This document shows, piece by piece, positions 56,553 through 64,000 of a DNA stretch of 64,000 nt. Below the pieces are notes generated by a model, which saw only the letters and a list, made by a program, of their open reading frames with translations, was not told where the DNA came from and ran no database searches. The stretch's first letter is position 1; every line of letters starts with the position of its first letter. Location of the stretch: contig MFDN01000005.1 in NCBI GenBank assembly GCA_001776935.1, forward strand, positions 2,505 to 66,504, given 5' to 3'. Source of the DNA: Candidatus Daviesbacteria bacterium RIFCSPLOWO2_01_FULL_39_23 (lineage in GTDB: Bacteria; Patescibacteriota; Microgenomatia; Daviesbacterales; UBA10151). Position numbers and translations under genes: made by a program.

Positions 56553-58094
56553 TCAGATTCCTAATCCATACATGAAAATAGGATTATTCTCTATTGCTAA
56601 ACTCTCTTCTTGAGTTGATTCATCATCTTTATAAGGAGAAGGAAATATTCTTTTTTCTAAACCTAATAAAAGAGCATGCTTATAAGAACTGGCTTTCACG
56701 GATTCTGCAATATTAATACCAAAAGTTTCCGCATCCCAAAACCCGTCTGCTACAGCTACTACTTGCTCAAGTTTATAAAAAGCATGCCCTCTCCCGTCAT
56801 GTCTACCCAAAACCGGATCAAATTTGCCTACTTCGTACTCTGTAGAGATATAATCTGCCAGTGTCAGTGCCCGCATCTCAATAGGCCTTTTTAAGCCTTT
56901 AATAGATATTTTCCTGCCCCTTTGAGGAAACCTGTCAGGCTTACCGTTGCCATTAGTCGGATCAACTTGATCATCTGGTTCAACCTTGTAGCGCTCGCTC
57001 CGCTCGCGCATAACCCGGTCAAACTCGGCAGTAACTTCATCCCTTAAACGTTTTCCTTCTTCCGGATCATTACCTGTATACATAACGACCAGCCTAAAAC
57101 GGTCTTTATCTTCACCGTAAGGCGTAGTTTCTATACGGCTGTCAGGGTGAAATCCGTTTGCTTTTCTTGATCTTTGCATTCCTTTTATAACTCTGGCTCC
57201 GAATTCTTTCCTATCTTGATCATATAAAACTTTTACTGTCTCTACCACGTTCCCTTCCTTGTCTTTAATTCCTACCACTCTTACCGGATATTCAATGTAT
57301 TTTACCCATAATCCTTCTGCAAAGTCTGTATCCAGGTATTGACTACTTAAACCAACCAATTCATTTGTTCTTGGTTTATGATAGGAATATATCGGCATAT
57401 CTATAGGATCGCCTTCTTTCCCTATAAAGAAATTCTTTTCCAAATAGTCATTCATGTCCTCAAGGGCTCCGGTAACCGCCTCGTCGTTATCTACATCTTC
57501 TTTCATCTCGTCTGCACACAATAATCCGACTGCCAATCTTCTGTATTGCTCTGATCTTAATCTGTTACCTATTTTATTCGCCGGTTTAGTTAATCTTTCT
57601 AATATCGAAGAGGGCGTTCTTCTATCCCAATAAGAGTTACCCGTTAATGCCGCTTTTCTATCCTGATCTGCAAAAAGTATTCCGCGTGCAACCCCCACTG
57701 TCTCATCGGCCATCAGCATAACCTGTTTCCAGAATCTTCTTCTCCCCCGCTCTTCGATTCCGTATTCATTTCCCACCTTCTCGTAAATTTCCTGATTTAC
57801 CCGCCTTTTTGCCTCCCGACGTGTTTCTCCTCTTTCGTGACCATCTTTATCAATATACACGAACTCCCCGGTTTTATTTGCCCTTCTAAATTCTTCGTAA
57901 TTCTCCCAGCCAAAAAAATCTCTAATCTCTCCCACCACACCTCTTATACCCATTCCCTTGGCTGTCATTTTGGCAAAATTTACCTCCCATTTTCGTCTTT
58001 CAGGCACTATTTCTCCACCCAATGTTTCACTAGGAAACGGCGCAATGTCTGCTATTGATACTTCTGATATCTCTGATGCTTCAATGTTAATCAT
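56553..58094 (-). CDS. Hypothetical protein (513 aa, highly charged)
   Basis: Long ORF without recognisable motifs. Preceded by a structured leader and terminator. Confidence 0.5.
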   Translation of the reverse strand: MINIEASEISEVSIADIAPFPSETLGGEIVPERRKWEVNFAKMTAKGMGIRGVVGEIRDFFGWENYEEFRRANKTGEFVYIDKDGHERGETRREAKRRVNQEIYEKVGNEYGIEERGRRRFWKQVMLMADETVGVARGILFADQDRKAALTGNSYWDRRTPSSILERLTKPANKIGNRLRSEQYRRLAVGLLCADEMKEDVDNDEAVTGALEDMNDYLEKNFFIGKEGDPIDMPIYSYHKPRTNELVGLSSQYLDTDFAEGLWVKYIEYPVRVVGIKDKEGNVVETVKVLYDQDRKEFGARVIKGMQRSRKANGFHPDSRIETTPYGEDKDRFRLVVMYTGNDPEEGKRLRDEVTAEFDRVMRERSERYKVEPDDQVDPTNGNGKPDRFPQRGRKISIKGLKRPIEMRALTLADYISTEYEVGKFDPVLGRHDGRGHAFYKLEQVVAVADGFWDAETFGINIAESVKASSYKHALLLGLEKRIFPSPYKDDESTQEESLAIENNPIFMYGLGI

Positions 58095-58096
58095 AT

Positions 58097-58140
58097 CTTC
58101 CTTTCCTACAAAAAAAACCGCGCCCGTTTTTGGGTGCGGT
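58097..58140 (-). terminator. Intrinsic terminator or attenuator 15 nt upstream of the orf513 start
   Basis: The minus strand reads accgcacccaaaaacgggcgcgg followed by a T8 run. Confidence 0.5.
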
Positions 58141-58280
58141 TTGTGCAGGATTTATTCCCTTTGTCCGGGATTATCTCCTCCACCACCGCTCCCCCACATG
58201 AGGGGACGATAGCAAATAATAAGTTTTGATACAAATAAGCTCTTCATAAATTAAAAATCCCGGAAAGGGATATTACCTAA

Positions 58281-58310
58281 ATTGTAAACACCCTTTAAGA
58301 TTCTTGTCAA
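58281..58310 (-). promoter_or_regulatory. Sigma70-like promoter (TTGACA-N18-TACAAT) for the leader upstream of orf513
   Basis: The minus strand reads ttgacaagaatcttaaagggtgtttacaat. Confidence 0.35.
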
Positions 58311-58369
58311 GCAGTATTCTACTATGGGGTACAGAAAAAATCAAGCCTGGTTCAAAAATTCTTCCGGGG

Positions 58370-59656
58370 TCAATGCTTCAGCTTGTCCCTGAATTGATCG
58401 TAGGTTGTAGCAGCAGATTCATAATCCTGTTCCTGATATGATTCTTCTTTAATGGTAATCTTTCTTTTTTCCTTTAAGTCTTTTCTTAAAACTACTCCTG
58501 GACCAATAAGCGAATTACCGCCTACCCTGACACCGGGCATAGTCGAAGCATTTACACCCACCCTTACTCCCTGGCCTGCAATCAAACCCAATTTTTCTCT
58601 TTCGCTGTCTAATTTCTCTTCTCCCACCTTAATCGTCTGGTTATCTAATCTTAGATTTGCCAAAACTGCACCTGACCCTGCCCCAAAATCTCCTTCTAAG
58701 ACTGAGTCACCAATATAATTGGTATGAAACCAGGAATTGGCGCCAATATAGGATCTGGTAATGTCAGAAGAAAAACCGGTGACGCAGCCTTCCTCTAAAT
58801 TTGATTCCCTAATCATAGAGTTATTTCCCACAATGCAGTTTTTACCGATATGGCAGGGGCCTTTAATGCAAGCTCCCTCAAACACCTTCACCCCTTCCTC
58901 AATTACCACATTTCCCTCTATAATGGCCTTTTCAGACAATTTTGCAGCCGGGGAAATTTGTTGCTCAAGCTTGGATAAAAAATAAGCTGTAATATCCAAA
59001 ATATGCCAGGGGTATTTAAGCGGAATCCAGACTCCCTCATACCTGGCAAGTCTTATGTTTATTCCATCGGAAATCATTTGGCTTAAAGCCACCTCATAAA
59101 TATCATCCCTTTCAGATTTTGCTTTTTCCAGATATCCGATCAGCTTTTGGCCATCCTTAAAATAATCTGCTACTAATTTAACCATATCTGACGGTTCGTT
59201 GCCTTCCCCCGGCTTCTCAACTATTCCCTTTACGCTTTCTCCTTCTACCTTTATGTACCCTCCGGGGAAGTATTTATCAACTTTTATCCCTGTTAGCATT
59301 ACATCACCCTCATAATTATTTTGAAATACGCTTGCATCCAAAATATCTTCTGCATTAACGATTAATATTTCCCCTGCTATTAAATGTTTGGCAGATAAAA
59401 TTGCATCAGCCATGCCGCTGGGCTCATTTTGTATAACAATTTTATAATCCAATTTTAGTTCTTCTGCTACTTTTTCAACTCCGTCTTTAGTTTGCGGGCT
59501 CGCCACAATTATGAATTCCACACCTGGAAGGCGAGCATTGATTTTTTTTAAATTATGATACAAGAGCGACTTTCCCAAAAAAGGAATCAGACACTTATCC
59601 GTATTAATCGGCCACATCCTTTTGCCTTCACCGCCAGCCAGTACGATTATTTTCAT
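58370..59656 (-). CDS. Sugar-phosphate nucleotidyltransferase with C-terminal left-handed beta-helix domain
   Basis: MKIIVLAGGEGKRMWP NTP-transferase motif. Hexapeptide repeats in the C-terminal third. 428 aa. Confidence 0.75.
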   Translation of the reverse strand: MKIIVLAGGEGKRMWPINTDKCLIPFLGKSLLYHNLKKINARLPGVEFIIVASPQTKDGVEKVAEELKLDYKIVIQNEPSGMADAILSAKHLIAGEILIVNAEDILDASVFQNNYEGDVMLTGIKVDKYFPGGYIKVEGESVKGIVEKPGEGNEPSDMVKLVADYFKDGQKLIGYLEKAKSERDDIYEVALSQMISDGINIRLARYEGVWIPLKYPWHILDITAYFLSKLEQQISPAAKLSEKAIIEGNVVIEEGVKVFEGACIKGPCHIGKNCIVGNNSMIRESNLEEGCVTGFSSDITRSYIGANSWFHTNYIGDSVLEGDFGAGSGAVLANLRLDNQTIKVGEEKLDSEREKLGLIAGQGVRVGVNASTMPGVRVGGNSLIGPGVVLRKDLKEKRKITIKEESYQEQDYESAATTYDQFRDKLKH

Positions 59657-59685
59657 ATAAATTTATATTACTACAAACTAATTAG

Positions 59686-59758
59686 TAGCAGCGATTGGAA
59701 TCGGACCAATGACCTATCGCTTATGAAACGATTGCTCTGCCATTGAGCTACGCTGCCA
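59686..59758 (-). tRNA. tRNA with CAU anticodon (elongator Met or Ile2-type)
   Basis: The minus strand reads GGCAGCG TA GCTC AATGGCA GAGC A ATCGT TTCATAA GCGAT AGGTC ATTGG TCCGATT CCAAT CGCTGCT A. Cloverleaf with U33 and A37. The T-loop is atypical (C at position 55) and 1-72 is a G-U pair. No encoded CCA. Confidence 0.5.
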
Positions 59759-59819
59759 TTCCCACAAATTGTACCAAAAAAGGACAATTTTTGCCTGATT
59801 ATAGTACAATATAGGTTTA

Positions 59820-62048
59820 ATGAAACAAGTTATCATCGCCATTTTGGTAATAGTGACCATCGTCAGTCTTATTGTCATATCTTTTACCGTCAATCAGGTA
59901 GCACAGGAAGAGGTGAGACTCAAAAGCGATATGCAATACCGTTCAACGCTTTTGGCAGACAGCTTAAAAGAAACTGTGGAGCCAAATTTCATCAATAAAT
60001 CCGATGCAAATTTGCAAAATATTGTCAATAGATTTGAAGACAGGGAAAGGCTTGCAGGAATTGCAATTTATGACAATAAAGGAAATACTACGGCTGTTTC
60101 TTCCACTATCCCCCAGGACATCACCCAATCCCAAAAAATTGCCGCAGATGCTATGGATGCAGACAAAACAACCGGAGACTTTATCAGCTTACAAAATTCC
60201 AAATATTATGTTCTAGCCATACCTTTGCATGATGACAAAAGCGTTGTTGGTGCTTTAACTATAGTGCAAAATGCCGGTTATATCGATGCCCGGCTATACG
60301 AGATATGGAGGAATAATTTACTCCGGCTGCTGATTCAGGCCTCCTTAATTTCATTTGCCATGGTTTTGCTTTTGCGCTGGATTATTTATGTGCCGATTAA
60401 AAGTCTTGTTGAATCACTGCAATCAGCAAGGGCCGGCCAGCAAACCTCTAAAAATTTAACAAATTCCCTGCTTTTTAAACCCCTTATTAATGAAGTATCA
60501 AACATCAGGAGAAGTTTGTTTGAGGCAAGGTCTCAAGCCTCCGAGGAAGCCAGGATGAGGCTCGAGGAGCTGGAATCCCCGTGGACTGCCGAAAGACTAA
60601 AAGAATCTTTAAAAGATATCTTAAAAGGCCGGACTCTTTTCATGGTTTCCAACCGGGAACCTTACATTCATACCAAAAATAACGGGAAAATCAGTTATTT
60701 TTTGCCGGCCAGCGGTCCGGTAACAGCAATAGAACCCGTAATGCGATCCTGCGGCGGAGTCTGGATTGCCCACGGCTCAGGTAATGCTGATAAACTGGTT
60801 GTAAATAGAAAAGACAAAATCCAGGTACCGCCCGAGGAACCTAAATATACCCTCCGCCGTATTTGGCTATCTGAAAAGGAAGAACAGGGTTATTATTATG
60901 GTTTTTCCAATGAGGGAATTTGGCCGCTTTGCCATATAGCTCATAACCGGCCAACTTTCAGAAAAGAAGACTGGGAAGAATATGTAAAAGTGAACCAAAA
61001 ATTTGCCGATGCAGTTTTATCAGAGATTAAAAATGAAGAAAAACCGATTGTTTTAGTACAGGATTTTCAACTTGCCTTAGCCCCAAGGATGATAAAATCC
61101 CAAAGACCAGGTGCGCTTGTCGGGATTTTCTGGCATATTCCATGGCCAAACCCCGAATCTTTTTCTATTTGTCCATGGAAAAAAGAAATTTTAGACGGCA
61201 TGCTTGGCGCAGATCTGATCGGTTTCCAAACTCAACTTTACTGCAATAATTTCATCGAAACTGTGGGCAGAGAATTGGAATCACTGATAGATTTTGAACG
61301 GTTTACCATCACTAAAAATAACCATGTCTCTTATATTAAACCCTTCCCTATTTCCATTGCCTTCCCGAACGGTTTTGACCAATCGGAAAATGAAAATGAT
61401 CGTAGCGATAAGGAGAAGCTTTTAAAGAGCTTAAATGTTAAAACCAGATATATCGGATTGGGAATTGAAAGACTTGATTACACCAAAGGCATACTGGAAC
61501 GATTAAAAGCTATCGAAATATTCCTTGACAGGTTTCCTGCATATTGCGGCAATTTTACATTCATCCAAATAGCTGCACCATCAAGGACCAAAATAAAAAA
61601 ATACCAGGATTTTGCCAAAGAAGTGGAAAACGAAGTTGAGAGAATTAATTCTTTATTTAAAAGTAAAAATTGGAAGCCTGTTGTATTTTTGAAAAAACAC
61701 CATAACCACAAAGAAATTCAAATATTTTATAAACTGGCGGATTTTATGCTGGTAACATCTTTGCATGACGGCATGAATTTAGTGGCAAAAGAATTTGTGG
61801 CATCAAGATACGACGAAAAAGGAGTGTTAATTCTTTCTCAATTCACAGGAGCTGCAAGAGAGCTTAAAAAAGCTTTAATTGTTAATCCTTACAACGGCGA
61901 ACAAACAGCAGATGCCATCAAAGAAGCTTTAGAGATGAAACCTTCCGAACAGACAAAAAGGATGCGCAATATGAGAGAAGTCATTAAAAATTATAATGTT
62001 TACCGCTGGTCTGCAGAACTTTTGAAAAGTATAATTAATCTGGGATGA
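59820..62048 (+). CDS. otsA: Trehalose-6-phosphate synthase (GT20) fused to an N-terminal two-TM sensor-like domain
   Basis: The C-terminal 480 aa hold OtsA motifs (FLHIPWP-like HIPWPNPE, LVQDFQLAL, MNLVAKEF). The N-terminus has two hydrophobic helices flanking a roughly 150-aa extracytoplasmic segment and a HAMP-like linker. Confidence 0.8.
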   Translation: MKQVIIAILVIVTIVSLIVISFTVNQVAQEEVRLKSDMQYRSTLLADSLKETVEPNFINKSDANLQNIVNRFEDRERLAGIAIYDNKGNTTAVSSTIPQDITQSQKIAADAMDADKTTGDFISLQNSKYYVLAIPLHDDKSVVGALTIVQNAGYIDARLYEIWRNNLLRLLIQASLISFAMVLLLRWIIYVPIKSLVESLQSARAGQQTSKNLTNSLLFKPLINEVSNIRRSLFEARSQASEEARMRLEELESPWTAERLKESLKDILKGRTLFMVSNREPYIHTKNNGKISYFLPASGPVTAIEPVMRSCGGVWIAHGSGNADKLVVNRKDKIQVPPEEPKYTLRRIWLSEKEEQGYYYGFSNEGIWPLCHIAHNRPTFRKEDWEEYVKVNQKFADAVLSEIKNEEKPIVLVQDFQLALAPRMIKSQRPGALVGIFWHIPWPNPESFSICPWKKEILDGMLGADLIGFQTQLYCNNFIETVGRELESLIDFERFTITKNNHVSYIKPFPISIAFPNGFDQSENENDRSDKEKLLKSLNVKTRYIGLGIERLDYTKGILERLKAIEIFLDRFPAYCGNFTFIQIAAPSRTKIKKYQDFAKEVENEVERINSLFKSKNWKPVVFLKKHHNHKEIQIFYKLADFMLVTSLHDGMNLVAKEFVASRYDEKGVLILSQFTGAARELKKALIVNPYNGEQTADAIKEALEMKPSEQTKRMRNMREVIKNYNVYRWSAELLKSIINLG

Positions 62049-62833
62049 TGCAATATCTATGGCAAGATCCGGATAAAATAATTTCATCGCTAAAAAAATA
62101 CCATCTTAAGCTATTAATCCTGGATTTTGACGGCACCCTGACGCCAATTGCTAAAGCTCCGGAAAAAGCAATACTATCAGAAAGCATTAAGGATTTATTA
62201 CGCCAACTTAGTCAAAAACCAAATTACTTCGTAGCTATATCAAGCGGCAGAGAGTTGGGAGATTTAAAAGCAAAAGTTGGACTGACCAGTATTATTTATG
62301 GTGCAAATCACGGGTTTGAGGGAGAAGTCTTTGGTAAAAAATATTCTTATCCTCTCAATAATAAAACACTTAAAATTTTACAGGAAATCCGCAGACAGCT
62401 TGAAAATAAACTGAGTCAATTTAAAGGAGTATTCATCGAGGACAAAGGCCTAACTTTAAGTTTGCATTACAGATTGGCACATTCAAAACAAATTCATAAG
62501 ATTAAAGCCCTTGCGAAGATAACACTGGATGAATTTATTAAAGATGGAGTTATTTTTACTATTTCGGGGAAGATGGTGATCGATATACTTCCAAAAACAG
62601 ACTGGAACAAAGGTCGTTTCGCTGATTTTATTGTTAAAAGCGTTGCCTCCCAAAATAAATCCCGGCCCCTGATTATCGCTATTGGCGATGATAAAACAGA
62701 TGAGGATACTTTTAATAATTTAAAAAACGGGATTACCATCAAAGTCGGGGGAAAAAATCAGTCCAATGCTAAATATTATGTTAAAAGCACAAAAGAAGTA
62801 ATTCAGTTTCTAAAAACTCTGGTATCATGTTGA
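62045..62833 (+). CDS. otsB: Trehalose-6-phosphate phosphatase (HAD family)
   Basis: LILDFDGTLTP HAD motif I and GDDKTDED motif. Start overlaps the otsA stop (ATGA). Confidence 0.8.
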   Translation: MMQYLWQDPDKIISSLKKYHLKLLILDFDGTLTPIAKAPEKAILSESIKDLLRQLSQKPNYFVAISSGRELGDLKAKVGLTSIIYGANHGFEGEVFGKKYSYPLNNKTLKILQEIRRQLENKLSQFKGVFIEDKGLTLSLHYRLAHSKQIHKIKALAKITLDEFIKDGVIFTISGKMVIDILPKTDWNKGRFADFIVKSVASQNKSRPLIIAIGDDKTDEDTFNNLKNGITIKVGGKNQSNAKYYVKSTKEVIQFLKTLVSC

Positions 62834-62834
62834 T

Positions 62835-64000
62835 ATGCTGAAAAAACTTACAAATGAATACCAAAAACTGCTTCTAAATAACCGAAGGCAGACTGACGGT
62901 TTTTCTTATACCATTCCCTCTCCTGATACATATCCCTATCAATGGCTTTGGGATTCGTGCTTTCATGCCATTATTCTTTCCGGTCTTAATATTGAAGATG
63001 CCAAAGCCGAAATTCTTTCCCTGCTTTCACAACAATTTCAAAACGGCATGATTCCGCATATGATTTATTGGGAAAATCACGAAAAAGTAACTTTTCCCAA
63101 AATCCAATGGGGCAAAGACGTCACAAGTACAATCACCCAGCCGCCGATGATTGCCTATGCAATTTGGCAGATCTTCCAAAAGGATAAAGAGGTGGATTTC
63201 CTAAAAAACACTTACCGCCATCTTTATCACTTTTACCGGTATTTACTTAACGAACGCGATCCCCACGAAAAACACCTCATCGGGATTATGAACCCGGATG
63301 AATCAGGCGAAGATAACTCTCCCAGATTTGATCTGCCTTTAGGCTTGCCACCACAGCATACTTTTGAAGAAAATATTCAAAAAAGACTTAATCTTGTTGC
63401 TCAAAATATAGAATGCAAATTCGATGCCCCGTTTTGCATGAGAAATTTCTTCTGGGTTAAAGATGTCCCTTTCAATGCAATAATGGTGGAAAATCTCCGG
63501 ATTCTTTCTCAAATTGCCTCAAAATTAGACTTTGGCGAAGATGCTTCTTTTTTTGCAGCTGAGGCAGAAAAGATAGTTTTGGCAATGAGAAAGTATATGT
63601 TTGAGGATAATCTTTTCTGGCCTACTTTCGGGGAAAACTATCAAAAAATTAAAATAAAAACCTGGGCAATTTTTGCTCCCCTGTTTGCCCAAATCCTCAC
63701 TAAAAAAGAAGCGGAAGATTTGGTGGAAAAACATTTGCTTAATCCTCGTGAGTTTTGGACTGAGTATAAAATTCCCACAGTTTCAATTGATGAGCCTTCT
63801 TTTGATCCTAAAAGCCTTTGGAGAGGGCCGGTTTGGATTGGAACTAATTGGTTTATCTATAAAGGACTGAAAAATTATGGTTTTTTAGAGATTGCCCAAC
63901 AAATTAAAGACTCTTCGCTTAAACTGCTTTCCAATTCAGGCTTTCGTGAATATTTTAATCCCCAAACAGGTGAAGGGTTGGGAGCCAAAAATTTTACGTG
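62835..64000 (+). CDS. Glycoside hydrolase with (alpha/alpha)6-barrel, GH63/GH15/trehalase-like, partial (runs off window)
   Basis: Open reading frame from the ATG at 62835 to the window end. WLWDSCFHAI and EYFNPQTGEG motifs typical of GH63/glucoamylase-like enzymes. Lies downstream of otsAB. Confidence 0.55.
   Translation, partial: MLKKLTNEYQKLLLNNRRQTDGFSYTIPSPDTYPYQWLWDSCFHAIILSGLNIEDAKAEILSLLSQQFQNGMIPHMIYWENHEKVTFPKIQWGKDVTSTITQPPMIAYAIWQIFQKDKEVDFLKNTYRHLYHFYRYLLNERDPHEKHLIGIMNPDESGEDNSPRFDLPLGLPPQHTFEENIQKRLNLVAQNIECKFDAPFCMRNFFWVKDVPFNAIMVENLRILSQIASKLDFGEDASFFAAEAEKIVLAMRKYMFEDNLFWPTFGENYQKIKIKTWAIFAPLFAQILTKKEAEDLVEKHLLNPREFWTEYKIPTVSIDEPSFDPKSLWRGPVWIGTNWFIYKGLKNYGFLEIAQQIKDSSLKLLSNSGFREYFNPQTGEGLGAKNFT

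Noticed and set aside
55520-58094. Prophage or integrated element
   Set aside because: No integrase, capsid, terminase, portal or attachment-site repeats were recognised. Only TA genes and unknown ORFs are present, which is not enough to call a prophage.

Overview
This window is AT-rich bacterial DNA with dense, mostly minus-strand coding; gene content looks CPR-like, but that is an inference.

Gene content:
- A complete mevalonate/isoprenoid block (1..10252): uppS, polyprenyl synthase, HMG-CoA reductase, an archaeal-type HMG-CoA synthase + thiolase + DUF35 trio, two GHMP kinases, diphosphomevalonate decarboxylase and a Nudix IPP isomerase. Two four-helix-bundle (23S-IVS/Avd-like) genes interrupt it.
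- Housekeeping genes:
  - pth, carAB and pyrBC
  - recF, fpg, and polA lacking the 3'-5' exonuclease domain
  - an archaeal-type ATP-dependent DNA ligase beside an endonuclease Q-like PHP nuclease
  - class I aldolase, glpX, and an FtsH with an intein
  - trpS, otsAB and glycosyltransferases
- Three type II toxin-antitoxin pairs (HepT/MntA, VapBC, RelE/Phd), a Fic protein, a degenerate GGDEF protein, and two paralogous PaaX-like regulators.

Repeats are the most striking feature:
- Several families of short interspersed repeats, most with a 7-bp period, plus MITE-like elements (tgtcatYctga...tcaggatgaca), a 150-bp repeat and a GC-rich repeat.
- Many copies sit in-frame inside essential genes (mvk, PMK-like kinase, ligase, carB, carA, fpg, polA, hmgA, pyrC, GT4) or directly against start codons.
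- A 428-aa LAGLIDADG intein splits the FtsH Walker A motif.
- There is no CRISPR array and no rRNA. One probable tRNA(CAU) was found.

Best candidates for an undescribed system:
- The RelE/Phd + three unknown genes operon behind an attenuator-like leader (55.5-58.4 kb).
- The mntA-hepT-orf309 three-gene operon (26.9-28.4 kb).
- The PaaX-like regulator / palindromic operator pairs.
- The pervasive in-frame heptamer/MITE insertions.
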